This document shows positions 23,410-32,000 of a DNA stretch of 32,000 bases, piece after piece. The notes beneath the pieces are model-generated. The model saw nothing but the letters and a program-made list of their open reading frames with translations, did no database searches and was not told the origin of the DNA. A program made the position numbers and the translations under genes. Each line of letters starts with the position of its first letter. Position 1 is the first letter of the stretch. Source of the stretch: Candidatus Methanoperedens sp. (GTDB lineage: Archaea; Halobacteriota; Methanosarcinia; Methanosarcinales; Methanoperedenaceae); assembly GCA_041494705.1 (NCBI GenBank), contig JBGQBI010000002.1, forward strand, positions 150,001-182,000. Direction: 5' to 3'.

Positions 23410-24423
23410 CTAAAGGATTATTTCTATATCCAGTTCTTCTGCCAGTTCCTTATAACGGTTCCTGATGGTCACTTCGGTGATGCCTGCCACTTCAGCTACC
23501 TCGCGCTGCGTTCTCCTGTCGCCGCAAAGTATGGAGGCGATGTATATCGCCGCTGCAGCCACACCTGTTGGGCCCCTGCCGCTTGTGAGTTCTTTTTCAG
23601 AAGCCTGCCTGAGTATCTCGACCGCCTTGGACTGGACTTCCCCGCGAAGGGTCAATCCTGAACAGAAACGCGGCACATAATCGATTGGCGACGTCGGGAT
23701 CAATTTTAACCCGAGTTCTCTTGAGATAAACCTGTAGGTTCTTCCGATTTCTTTCCTGCTGACCCTTGAAACCTCACCTATTTCATCAAGGGTTCTCGGG
23801 ACATTGCACTGCCGGCACGCTGAATATAACGCCGCTGCGGCAACACCCTCAATACTTCGTCCACGGATAAGGTTCTTATCAACCGCTTTGCGGTAAACTA
23901 CTGCGGCAGTCTCCCTTACGTTCTGGGATAAACCGAGTGCTGAAGCCATCCTGTCAAGCTCGGATAGTGCAAAAGCCAGGTTCCTTTCTGTCGCATTGCT
24001 TACACGGATGCGCCTCTGCCATTTCCTGAGCCTGTAGAGCTGAGCCCTGCTTTTTGATGATATGGATTTGCCGTACGAATCACGGTTTCTCCAGTCTATC
24101 ATTGTGGATAATCCTTTATCATGAATAGTATAGGTCATAGGAGCCCCGACACGGGAGCGTTTCATTCTCTGGTCATGGTCAAAAGCCCTCCACTCAGGTC
24201 CCTGGTCTATAAAGTCCGCATCGACTACAAGTCCGCATTCATTACATACCAGTTCTGCCCTTTCATAATCATGTACAAGGGTATGACTCCCGCACTCAGG
24301 GCACACAACTGTGGCCTTTTCAAACTGACCGAGTTTTTCCTTCTCCTTTTTTTGTTTGATACCTTCCCTTATTTTCTCGCGTTCAGTCTTTTCAATTTCT
24401 TTTTCCTTCTCGATTTCTGCCAT
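23410..24423 (-). CDS. tfb: transcription initiation factor IIB (TFB)
   Basis: 337 aa with the zinc ribbon [24 protein letters not shown], a B-reader/linker and two cyclin repeats. It has a K/E-rich N-terminal extension. Confidence 0.95.
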   Translation of the reverse strand: MAEIEKEKEIEKTEREKIREGIKQKKEKEKLGQFEKATVVCPECGSHTLVHDYERAELVCNECGLVVDADFIDQGPEWRAFDHDQRMKRSRVGAPMTYTIHDKGLSTMIDWRNRDSYGKSISSKSRAQLYRLRKWQRRIRVSNATERNLAFALSELDRMASALGLSQNVRETAAVVYRKAVDKNLIRGRSIEGVAAAALYSACRQCNVPRTLDEIGEVSRVSRKEIGRTYRFISRELGLKLIPTSPIDYVPRFCSGLTLRGEVQSKAVEILRQASEKELTSGRGPTGVAAAAIYIASILCGDRRTQREVAEVAGITEVTIRNRYKELAEELDIEIIL

Positions 24424-24439
24424 TTATACACCGTTCCTT

Positions 24440-24685
24440 CTATGCTAAGTAGACTCTTTCGTTTTTTAGATTCAATATCTCAGAGCCTTTAATTTCATTG
24501 AATATCTTTATGGAAATGTAGGGATTTTTTTCCGGGCCGAAAAGTTCTTTTATCTTCCCGAGCTTCTTCATACTTTTTGTGACAACCATCGAATTAGGAT
24601 TCAAAGTACCCGTATCAAGCGTTTTATCAGCACGGACTATCAATAGATTATCGATAGTATGAAGAACAGTTCCCAATCTTTTCAA
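24440..24685 (-). CDS. gar1: H/ACA RNP component Gar1
   Basis: The track ORF begins at TTG 24697. I prefer TTG 24685, with GAGGT 5 nt upstream, giving (M)KRLGTVLHTIDNLLIVR... as in other archaeal Gar1 proteins. It lies at the conserved position directly upstream of tfb. Confidence 0.82.
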   Translation of the reverse strand: MKRLGTVLHTIDNLLIVRADKTLDTGTLNPNSMVVTKSMKKLGKIKELFGPEKNPYISIKIFNEIKGSEILNLKNERVYLA

Positions 24686-24749
24686 TTTCGACCTCAAACG
24701 AAAGAGTTATATATTATTATAAGTACTATTTAAACTTACCGCATAAAAG

Positions 24750-25703
24750 TTAAATATTTTCGCTTTTTCTCCAAATCGCATTGGAAAGGTGTTCTATCAT
24801 TTCCCTATTTTCAAGCCCTTTTAACCATTTTTCCGGGAAAACGTCAATTCCATGCAGCGCCCCGCACAACGAGCCTGTCATACAGGCAATGGAGTCCGTA
24901 TCGCCGCCTGCATTTACAGCTTCGGTTATTGCCTTTTCAGGAGATTCAAAATGTCTTGAGAAACAGTAAAAAACGCAAGGAACGGTGTCATATACCAGAT
25001 ACGATGTGCCTAATTCTTCAAATACTTTATCAGGTTCGATATCTTTTTTCTCAAATGAAAGTTCTATCTTCTTTGCAAGACCTGAATCATATTTTGATGC
25101 CCTGCTCGCGGCATCTTTTATGATTTCGATGCAATCTTTCTCACATAGTGCGCTTCGTACGGCAACAGCGACCGCCACCGCTCCTGCAATTGCGCCTTTG
25201 CTGTTATGCGTGGGAATAGATGAAAGGGCGGCATTTGATTCGATTTCATCCATATCATTATAAAAAAGCCCGATTGGCGCGACCCTCATAGCGGAACCGC
25301 ATGATGGAATGTCGCTTCCCGACTCTTTCCATGTTATTCCCGAATTCAATCGCATAATAGCGGCTGCGCTTGAAGGGCCGATGAGTTTTTTCCTTACAGG
25401 GTCGTTTTGGGCGTCCGCACCCCACTTCGCTATCCTTCCAGCAAAATCCACTGCATTAAATCCGTTGCATTCAATCAACGATTGGGCAAGGACAATCATT
25501 TGTTCAGTATCATCCGTGTATTGCCCCTCTTTTAGGTTTTCCCCAGGAAAGCCCACCCGGGCTTTACCATAATCCGTGACATATCCATTTTCAAGAATAT
25601 CTTTCCGGTTTAGTCCTTCATTCTGTTTCCCGAGCGCATCGCCGATAGCGGCGCCGAGCATGCAACCGGTGTATTTGCTTCTTAACTTTTCAGAGGGTTT
25701 CAT
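24750..25703 (-). CDS. ADP-ribosylglycohydrolase family protein
   Basis: 317 aa with GCMLGAAIGDALG, YTDDTEQ and GGDTDSIACMTGSLCGALHG, the family's metal-binding motifs. Confidence 0.88.
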   Translation of the reverse strand: MKPSEKLRSKYTGCMLGAAIGDALGKQNEGLNRKDILENGYVTDYGKARVGFPGENLKEGQYTDDTEQMIVLAQSLIECNGFNAVDFAGRIAKWGADAQNDPVRKKLIGPSSAAAIMRLNSGITWKESGSDIPSCGSAMRVAPIGLFYNDMDEIESNAALSSIPTHNSKGAIAGAVAVAVAVRSALCEKDCIEIIKDAASRASKYDSGLAKKIELSFEKKDIEPDKVFEELGTSYLVYDTVPCVFYCFSRHFESPEKAITEAVNAGGDTDSIACMTGSLCGALHGIDVFPEKWLKGLENREMIEHLSNAIWRKSENI

Positions 25704-25714
25704 TGGTGCTTCTA

Positions 25715-27109
25715 CTATTCTTCCCTTTTTATTTTTTCAATAATAGTTTCCCGAAGAGCTGCCAGCCCGGCGCTGAACTCAACAGGATATATGGGTGCGC
25801 CATCGAGCTTCTTGTATTTATCAGGTAAATTTGAGAAATTATCTGCCGCAGCTTGCCTTATTTCATTAAGCGAAGGTCTTTTACAGACGATTTTCCCGCT
25901 TTTAACAACCTGCTCCAGCAAAGGTTTTGCATTATCAATGATTTCATCTTCCAGCGATATGATATCCTTTTTGAACTTTCCATCATCGAAGAAGCGCCAC
26001 ACACGTTTTTTACCGGGAAGCGTGGCTTTTACGGTTTCTTCGGAAAGTTTCATCTTGGGTATATGCTTTCCGCGCTCCACAACATCCGAGAGCTTGTAAA
26101 TACCATCAAGCGCCGGTGTGGGGCGGCCTGTGATAAGCTCGGTGCCCACGCCGAACATATCTATCCTGGCGCCTTTTTTCATAAGCTCCTCTATCTTCCA
26201 CTCATTAAGGTCGCCGCTTGCCACTATTTTTACATAATCAAGCCCTGCATCGTCCAGGATTTTTCTGACATGTTTTGAAAGCTCTGCTAAATCCCCGCTA
26301 TCAAGCCGCACGCCAAGAAGTTTTTCCCCTTTCTTTTCAAGCTCCTTTCCCACGATAACGGCTTTTTTCGCGCCTTCAATGCTGTTATAGGTATCTATGA
26401 GCAGGAAACATCGGTTCGGAAAAGCCTCTGCATAGGCGCGGTAAGAGTCAATCTCATGGTCAAAACTCGTGACAAAAGAATGCGCCATCGTGCCGGATAC
26501 CGGGATGCCCAGTTTCTTTCCTGCCATTACATTGGACGTTGAGGCGCAACCGCCGATGTATGTGGCCCGCGTTGCCTCAAGATGCCCGTCCCCCTGCGCC
26601 CGGCGAAGCCCGAATTCAGCTATTGCCCTGCCTCTTGCAGCATGGACCACGCGTGAGGCTTTGGTGGCTATCAGGGTTGAAAAGTTCATCTTGTTAAGCA
26701 AGAATGTTTCAATAAGCTGCGCTTCGATTATGGGGGCGGTTACCCTGATTATGGGCTCAAGCGGGAACACGATGCTGCCCTCGGGCATGGCGAGGATGTC
26801 GCCTGTGAACCTGAAATCCCGTAGATGCTCAAGAAATTCTGAATCAAAGCCCTGACTTCGAAGGTATTCGATGTCGTCATCCTCAAACCGCAGGTTCTCG
26901 ATGTAATCCAGAATATAGGTCAGTCCTGCGGTTATGAGGTAAGAACCGAAGGGTATTTTCCTGACAAAATAGTCGAAAGTGGCTTCCGGGTTATGCCCGG
27001 ATTTCCAGTACGCCTGCATCATGGTAAGCTGGTAAAGGTCGGTGCGGAGAGCTTCAGTCATATAATGAAGTGATGGGATGGATGGATAATTAAAAGTTTC
27101 TGAAACCAT
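25715..27109 (-). CDS. pncB: nicotinate phosphoribosyltransferase
   Basis: 464 aa with TDLYQLTMMQAYW, GTMAHSF and the family pattern. It ends 11 nt before the ARH start on the same strand. Confidence 0.9.
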   Translation of the reverse strand: MVSETFNYPSIPSLHYMTEALRTDLYQLTMMQAYWKSGHNPEATFDYFVRKIPFGSYLITAGLTYILDYIENLRFEDDDIEYLRSQGFDSEFLEHLRDFRFTGDILAMPEGSIVFPLEPIIRVTAPIIEAQLIETFLLNKMNFSTLIATKASRVVHAARGRAIAEFGLRRAQGDGHLEATRATYIGGCASTSNVMAGKKLGIPVSGTMAHSFVTSFDHEIDSYRAYAEAFPNRCFLLIDTYNSIEGAKKAVIVGKELEKKGEKLLGVRLDSGDLAELSKHVRKILDDAGLDYVKIVASGDLNEWKIEELMKKGARIDMFGVGTELITGRPTPALDGIYKLSDVVERGKHIPKMKLSEETVKATLPGKKRVWRFFDDGKFKKDIISLEDEIIDNAKPLLEQVVKSGKIVCKRPSLNEIRQAAADNFSNLPDKYKKLDGAPIYPVEFSAGLAALRETIIEKIKREE

Positions 27110-27153
27110 TTCACAAAATTATTAATATGATTAAGCTCTTTGCGTGTTCATAA

Positions 27154-27519
27154 ATGAAAGCAAAACTCCGGGGTCATCATCTCATCTGCCTTAATTTTTT
27201 CAGGGGCGAAGGCTATTCGGAGGATTTCATCAGGAACATTTATTCAGTTATCGGTAAAGAAAAAGTGGAAGTAGTAGCCGGACCCGACGAGGTCTGCGCC
27301 AGATGTCCATATCTGGGAGATAACAAATGCGCAAACAGCGATTACACAGATGAAAAAATCCTGCTTCAGGACAGGGAAGCTCTCAGGTTGTTGAGGTTAA
27401 AACCCGGCGAGATAGTTGACTGGAAGATAATTTCAGCTAAATTGCCAGGGATTTTGGACGAGTGGAAAGCCCTGTTTTGTCATGACTGCGGGTATCTGGA
27501 AGTATGTTTTAATGAATAA
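27154..27519 (+). CDS. DUF1284 family cysteine-rich protein
   Basis: 121 aa. LRGHHLICLNFFRGEGYS...CARCPYL...KC...CHDCGY is typical of DUF1284. Confidence 0.72.
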   Translation: MKAKLRGHHLICLNFFRGEGYSEDFIRNIYSVIGKEKVEVVAGPDEVCARCPYLGDNKCANSDYTDEKILLQDREALRLLRLKPGEIVDWKIISAKLPGILDEWKALFCHDCGYLEVCFNE

Positions 27520-28204
27520 GTTCAACAGGTATCTTCCCGTTATGCACAGCTGTTGCCACAAGCGCGCCGCTAACACCTATTTTCTCAAGAGCATGGATGT
27601 CATCCATATCCCGGATACCGCCGCCAATAAGAATATTGTGATTGGATAATCCGGCCACTTCCCGCAGGAAATCCACATCGATTCCCGCGCTTGTGCCGAC
27701 TTTACTCAACTCCAGGATGATGATGTCTTTGATGTCATAATCATTCAACTTTTTTATTAGTTCTCGTGGCTTCATTTCAAGTTTCCTGTCCTTTGTCAGC
27801 ACCACGCCGTTTTTCATGTCGATGCTTACATTAATCCGCCCCGGAAATCGTTCTGCTGCGGCTGCTATAAGGTCAAACGAAGCGGTTTCTGTGCCAATTA
27901 TTATCGTACCCGCAATACTTGAGCATTTTTTGACATCATCCATGTTTTCAGGGCCGATATCAGCCATGGTTCTTGCCATTTCCGATATTTTTCCAATCAT
28001 CTCAAAATTATCCCCGAGATGCTGCAAATAGTCAAGGTCAGCGATATATACCTCCTTCGGCAGAACCGTTGATATTATATCCACCGGCGCTGATGAACCG
28101 CATACCACGCTTCCTTTTACAGGCTGGTATTTAGCCCTCTCTCCCCTTACCGCATGGACAGCATTACCATTGAGTATGTCCAGCACGAAAATAATTCGAA
28201 ACAT
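27509..28204 (-). CDS. HisA/HisF-fold (beta/alpha)8 protein, paralogue of unknown function
   Basis: The track ORF 27509..28348 is trimmed to Met49 (28204 by track arithmetic), because the extension overlaps mfnB. VLDILNGNAVHAVRGE, SIDMKNG, GGGIRDMDDI and GALVATAVHNG match the HisA/HisF catalytic Asp and phosphate-binding motifs. Confidence 0.8.
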   Translation of the reverse strand: MFRIIFVLDILNGNAVHAVRGERAKYQPVKGSVVCGSSAPVDIISTVLPKEVYIADLDYLQHLGDNFEMIGKISEMARTMADIGPENMDDVKKCSSIAGTIIIGTETASFDLIAAAAERFPGRINVSIDMKNGVVLTKDRKLEMKPRELIKKLNDYDIKDIIILELSKVGTSAGIDVDFLREVAGLSNHNILIGGGIRDMDDIHALEKIGVSGALVATAVHNGKIPVELIH

Positions 28205-28238
28205 AAATGTATAAGAGTAGTTATCTGGTTTAATTGTT

Positions 28239-28940
28239 ATGAAATTGCTCGTAAGCCCAATTAACGTTGAAGAGGCAAATATCTGCAAACTCGGCGGCGC
28301 GGATATCATAGATGTAAAGAATCCCAGAGAAGGCTCACTCGGTGCCAATTTCCCATGGATGATAAAAGCCGTTAAAAAAGCAGCGGGAAATGTCCCGGTG
28401 AGCGCGACGATAGGCGATTTTAACTATAAACCCGGGACAGCCTCGCTGGCGGCGCTTGGAGCGGCTGTTGCAGGCGCCGAATACATCAAGGTGGGATTAT
28501 ACGATATCCAGACACGTGAGCAGGCGCTTGAAATGCTGACAAATATCGTCCGCTCGGTTAAGGATTATGACAAAAATAAGAAAGTCGTGGCGTCAGGCTA
28601 TTCGGATTACAGGAGAATCAATTCCATATCGCCGTTTGAACTTCCTGAGGTTGGGGAACAGGCGGGCGTTGATGTTGTCATGATGGACACAGGCATAAAG
28701 GACGGGCGTTCTACGTTTGAATTCCTGACTGAGCAGGAACTGATGGATTTTGTGTCAGGCGCGAAAGAAAGGGGGCTTCAAACAGCCATTGCAGGCACGA
28801 TAAAATTCAAGGATATCTCTTCCTTAAAACGCATCTCACCTGATATTATCGGGGTCAGGGGTTGCGTGTGCGGCGGGGACAGGAATTCTGCTATCAAACG
28901 TGAACTGGTTGAGCGGTTAAAGGCCGAGATTTGCCTTTAA
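28239..28940 (+). CDS. mfnB: (5-formylfuran-3-yl)methyl phosphate synthase (methanofuran biosynthesis)
   Basis: 233 aa. LLVSPINVEEA..GGADIIDVKNPREGSLGANFPWMI and ...DIIGVRGCVCGGDRN closely resemble the MfnB (DUF556) family. Confidence 0.88.
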   Translation: MKLLVSPINVEEANICKLGGADIIDVKNPREGSLGANFPWMIKAVKKAAGNVPVSATIGDFNYKPGTASLAALGAAVAGAEYIKVGLYDIQTREQALEMLTNIVRSVKDYDKNKKVVASGYSDYRRINSISPFELPEVGEQAGVDVVMMDTGIKDGRSTFEFLTEQELMDFVSGAKERGLQTAIAGTIKFKDISSLKRISPDIIGVRGCVCGGDRNSAIKRELVERLKAEICL

Positions 28941-28963
28941 TATTTATTGGGCTTCTGGAAATT

Positions 28964-29389
28964 TCATCTCAGGTTGATTCCGATGGTGATAAGAAATGCA
29001 GCGAAAACCGCATAAAAAGTAAGGCTTGATGCAACAGCAGCACATACTCTAAACCTTTGCATACCCAATAGCTCACAGGTAATGGCAGTTGCATAAACCC
29101 CCATCCATGGGGTAAAAATTAAGAGACCAAGAACGCCATACTTTTCCATCCATTTTTTAACATTATTGTTCCTGCGCTTGCGAAGCCAGTTCCTGATTTT
29201 CGGATACTTATTTCCCCGGTCAAAAACGAAAAAAATAAAGGGAACTGGCAGGAAGTTAGCAACAAGCGCTACCGCTGCCACAATATAAACAGGCAGCCCC
29301 ATAACTACCCCGGCCGGTATTGCAATCAATTCCTCCCCCACCGGAGAAATAGATATTAAAGCAACAATTATTAAACTTATGAGTTCCAT
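28964..29389 (-). CDS. small membrane protein, 'putative small multidrug export' family (COG2426-like)
   Basis: 141 aa with 4 TM segments. EELIAIPAGVVMGL...NFLPVPFIF...KYGVLGLLIFTPW...ELLGM resembles that family. Confidence 0.6.
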   Translation of the reverse strand: MELISLIIVALISISPVGEELIAIPAGVVMGLPVYIVAAVALVANFLPVPFIFFVFDRGNKYPKIRNWLRKRRNNNVKKWMEKYGVLGLLIFTPWMGVYATAITCELLGMQRFRVCAAVASSLTFYAVFAAFLITIGINLR

Positions 29390-29469
29390 CGCATTCTAAA
29401 GAGCGCATATTAAACTAAATAAAGCTGCCGCAATTGCAACAAAAATAGTTTGTTCGGAATCTATTTCAA

Positions 29470-30366
29470 TTAGATAAGCGGCCTTGGCTGTTTCTCATCT
29501 GGCTGCACAGGCAGTTTCATCGTATTTATCAGGATTGGGTCTGTGACCTCTTTTGCCCTTTCAAGCAGCAGTTCTTTCCCGCACTGTGTGATTGCGAATA
29601 TTGGTATGGCTGTGCCAAACTGGGCTATCGTTTTCCCTGCGATACAGCCGCGAATCCACTTTGAGGTGCATCCTGTTGTCATATCCACAAGGTTCAGGAA
29701 TTCCTTTGCTTCATCCTCAGGCAACCCGGTTGTATGAACACCAAAACCGATGACCTGTACTTTGTGTTTCTTCTCAAGCTCCCGGATTGCCCGCATATCT
29801 TTTGCATTCGTGACAGAAACGCCGATTTTCTTGTAGCCAAGCTCGATGGCTTTTTTCACACCTTCCACCTGGTCAAGAGCCGCAATCCTCGGGTCAAGGA
29901 CAATGCCGCCCACTTCCTCTATCCGTTTGATGAGCTTCGGTATCGGTGTGGTCTCAACAAGCCCGGAGATGCGGGAACCCATACCCTGCGCCAGCTTCGG
30001 GTTGCTGGTAATCACCGTGCCCGCGCCGTCGCATGCGGTCACGCAGGTGTCCAAAAGTCCCCGGCGCAGTCCTGTCATGAAGGTCTCGCTTGCCCCGAAT
30101 CCCACGAAAATTTCCATCTCAATGGCCCTGTCTTCGGTGAACAAACCGAAGTCCTTAATCCTGAATTCGATATTTTCCTTTGCGGTTTTTGATGTGAATT
30201 TCTTTATACCGCGAACTTTGTCGAATATGGGACAGTATTCAGTCTGCGGTTCCCCGGCTTCAACGACTTTCCCGCTCTCAACGACCACGCGGGTCTTTCC
30301 AAGAGCTTCCATTACATGCCTGTCTTTTGTCATGGTGATAAGATTGTTGTCGAGTGTATTAACCAT
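29470..30366 (-). CDS. DUF2099 / methanogenesis marker protein 8-like
   Basis: 298 aa. HVMEALGKTRVVVESGKVVEAGEPQTEYCPIF... is recognised from memory as marker-8-like. The CDS is solid; the label is moderate. Confidence 0.6.
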   Translation of the reverse strand: MVNTLDNNLITMTKDRHVMEALGKTRVVVESGKVVEAGEPQTEYCPIFDKVRGIKKFTSKTAKENIEFRIKDFGLFTEDRAIEMEIFVGFGASETFMTGLRRGLLDTCVTACDGAGTVITSNPKLAQGMGSRISGLVETTPIPKLIKRIEEVGGIVLDPRIAALDQVEGVKKAIELGYKKIGVSVTNAKDMRAIRELEKKHKVQVIGFGVHTTGLPEDEAKEFLNLVDMTTGCTSKWIRGCIAGKTIAQFGTAIPIFAITQCGKELLLERAKEVTDPILINTMKLPVQPDEKQPRPLI

Positions 30367-30442
30367 TAAGATATTGACAAAATTTTATAAGTTGAGGCAA
30401 AAATTGCCTGATTAAATTCATAAAAATTGAACTTACTATATG

Positions 30443-30508
30443 CCTTTGCGCTCTTGGCGTCTTTGCGGTGCAGGTTTTTCACCGCAGAGGCGCAAAGGAC
30501 GCAAAGAG
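30443..30508 (+). repeat. long imperfect hairpin, diverged member of the 9-mer palindrome family (CTTTGCG-type units)
   Basis: CCTTTGCGCTCTTGGCGTCTTTGCGGTG-caggttttt-CACCGCAGAGGCGCAAAGGACGCAAAGAG. About 25 pairs, including 3 G-U that are only valid on the plus strand. Confidence 0.65.
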
Positions 30509-30557
30509 ACTCTTGAATAGAATTCTTCATATATCATTTCACATATAAGAACCCTCA

Positions 30558-31091
30558 ATGGACACATCGCAGCTTCACAAGGAAAATGTACAAAAAACAT
30601 TCAAATGCGCTATCCTGACCATAAGCACCTCAAGGTATGAAAAATACGGGAAAACAGACCGTCCCGAGCGCGCCGAGGACGCTTCAGGAAAGCTCATCTG
30701 GGGAATGGCAGAGGTGCAGGGCAGCAAGATTGTGCATTACGAATTAATTCCTGACGATATGGAAATGATAAGGGAAGCCTTCAAGAAATGCCTTTATACG
30801 GAGGCTGATGTTATAATATCAAGCGGGGGAACCGGTCTTTCGCCTACAGATATCACCATCGAAGCGGTTGCGCCTTATATTGAAAAAGAGATGCCGGGTT
30901 TCGGGGAACTGTTCAGGCTTAAGAGCATTGACCAGATTGGAAATGCAATGATGCTTTCAAGGGCAATTGCCGGCGTGGCGCGCGGGAAAGTTATATTTTG
31001 CCTTCCGGGGTCGCCAAATGCGGTAAAACTTGCCCTTGAACTCGTACTGCCAGAGATAGGGCATATTATCAAACACGTGAAGGGTCAGTAA
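30558..31091 (+). CDS. moaB: molybdenum cofactor biosynthesis protein B (MoaB/MogA family)
   Basis: 177 aa. ILTISTSR...SGGTGLSPTDIT...CLPGSPNAV is typical of the MoaB/Mog domain. Confidence 0.88.
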   Translation: MDTSQLHKENVQKTFKCAILTISTSRYEKYGKTDRPERAEDASGKLIWGMAEVQGSKIVHYELIPDDMEMIREAFKKCLYTEADVIISSGGTGLSPTDITIEAVAPYIEKEMPGFGELFRLKSIDQIGNAMMLSRAIAGVARGKVIFCLPGSPNAVKLALELVLPEIGHIIKHVKGQ

Positions 31092-32000
31092 ATGGAATAC
31101 AAGTGGAAGGCGATGTTCACCGTCTGGATAGGCATCTTCATGGCTACGCTTGACGGAAGCATCGTGAATGTAGCTCTTCCAACGCTTACGGAATACTTCA
31201 AAACGGATATAACCACTATCGAATGGGTGGTGATGGCGTATCTTTTGACCATAACAAGCCTTCTCTTGAGTCTTGGCAGGATTTCGGATATGATAGGAAG
31301 GAAAACGATATTTGCAGGTGGGCTTGCAATTTTCACCATAGGTTCAGGCTTGTGCGCCATCTCAGCAACCGAAAACCAGTTGATATACTACAGGGTTTTG
31401 CAGGGAATAGGCGCGGCTATGTTGATGGCGACCGGAATAGCAATAATCACTCATGCATTTCCTCCGAGAGAAAGGGGCAAAGCGATGGGATTAATCGGAA
31501 CTGTTGTAGCGATAGGTTCCATGGCAGGACCTGTAGCAGGCGGGTTTTTAATCGAGAATGTAGGATGGCAATCTATTTTTTACATAAATATCCCGATTGG
31601 AATTTTCGGGACTGCAATGGCGTTAATCGTACTCAGGAAAGACAAAACTACATCGGGGCAAACCTTCGACATACCAGGGGCGCTTGCGCTTTTTATCAGT
31701 CTTATGTCATTGCTGCTTGCTTTGAGCCAGGGCCAGGAGTCTGGCTGGCTTTCCGGCTATATAATCCTGCTTTTTATTTTATCAATTGTATTTATAATTA
31801 TATTTATCCGGATTGAAAATAAAGCCAGGCACCCGGTGATGGAATTGCAGCATTTCAGGAACAGGCCGTTTGCGGCAGCAAACATCAGTGCTCTTATTAG
31901 TTTTACTGCCTTGTATAACGTCATACTGTTAATGCCGTTTTTCCTCCAGAACGAGCTTGGATATTCACCCGAGCAAGTGGGAATTGTTTTCCTGGCGGTT
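31092..32000 (+). CDS. MFS transporter, DHA2 (EmrB/QacA-like), N-terminal 303 codons; continues beyond the right edge
   Basis: Not in the ORF track because there is no stop in the window. The ATG comes immediately after the moaB TAA. Sequence: MEYKWKAMFTVWIGIFMATLDGSIVNVALPTL...GRISDMIGRKTIF...LQGIGAAMLMA..., carrying the MFS motif A and motif C patterns. Confidence 0.85.
   Translation, partial: MEYKWKAMFTVWIGIFMATLDGSIVNVALPTLTEYFKTDITTIEWVVMAYLLTITSLLLSLGRISDMIGRKTIFAGGLAIFTIGSGLCAISATENQLIYYRVLQGIGAAMLMATGIAIITHAFPPRERGKAMGLIGTVVAIGSMAGPVAGGFLIENVGWQSIFYINIPIGIFGTAMALIVLRKDKTTSGQTFDIPGALALFISLMSLLLALSQGQESGWLSGYIILLFILSIVFIIIFIRIENKARHPVMELQHFRNRPFAAANISALISFTALYNVILLMPFFLQNELGYSPEQVGIVFLAV

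Noticed and set aside
27509-28348. N-terminal 48-codon extension of the HisA/HisF-like ORF (TTG start at 28348)
   Set aside because: The extension would overlap mfnB by about 110 nt on the opposite strand and encodes a hydrophobic, non-conserved-looking peptide. The HisA-type N-terminus begins at the internal Met.
31223-31816. 197-aa plus-strand ORF (and the 31085..31360 minus ORF)
   Set aside because: It is out of frame within the clearly recognisable MFS transporter gene, which starts at 31092. Its product is Arg/Cys-rich nonsense.

Overview
The gene content points to an archaeal chromosome segment from a methanogen or methanotroph of the Methanosarcinales type: HdrCBA, MfnB, MptE, a marker-8-like protein, TFB/Gar1, aIF5A and Hef. 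I support 42 protein genes, four of which are absent from the ORF track (a left-edge peroxiredoxin, RpoP, a right-edge MFS transporter and a 57-aa GTG-start ORF). I also support two tRNAs, one carrying a canonical intron, and three copies of a hairpin repeat family. The block at 15.4-22.4 kb is the classical archaeal exosome/proteasome/RNase P 'superoperon': rnp3-rnp2-psmA-SBDS-rrp4-rrp41-rrp42-L37Ae-rpoP-Brix, ending in a Vms1-like release-factor homologue. Most of the window is tightly packed housekeeping. I see no CRISPR array, IS element, integrase or recognisable defence island, apart from one RelE-type toxin-antitoxin pair. The signals not explained by ordinary genes are:
- a 65-nt imperfect-palindrome repeat family built from CTCTGTG-like 9-mers (11485, 14232, and a diverged copy at 30443);
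- a very low-GC, roughly 0.8-kb island with two orphan membrane ORFs, wedged between aIF5A and the superoperon;
- an adjacent ~145-nt GC-rich segment with long-range complementarity, a candidate structured RNA;
- three tandem hairpins with mutually exclusive alternatives that cover the rnp2 start codon;
- an HdrA whose C-terminal MvhD-like domain has lost every cluster cysteine.
None of these amounts to a clear novel multi-gene system, and I rate them as moderate leads. Hand-derived coordinates (those not taken from the ORF track) may be off by 1-2 nt.
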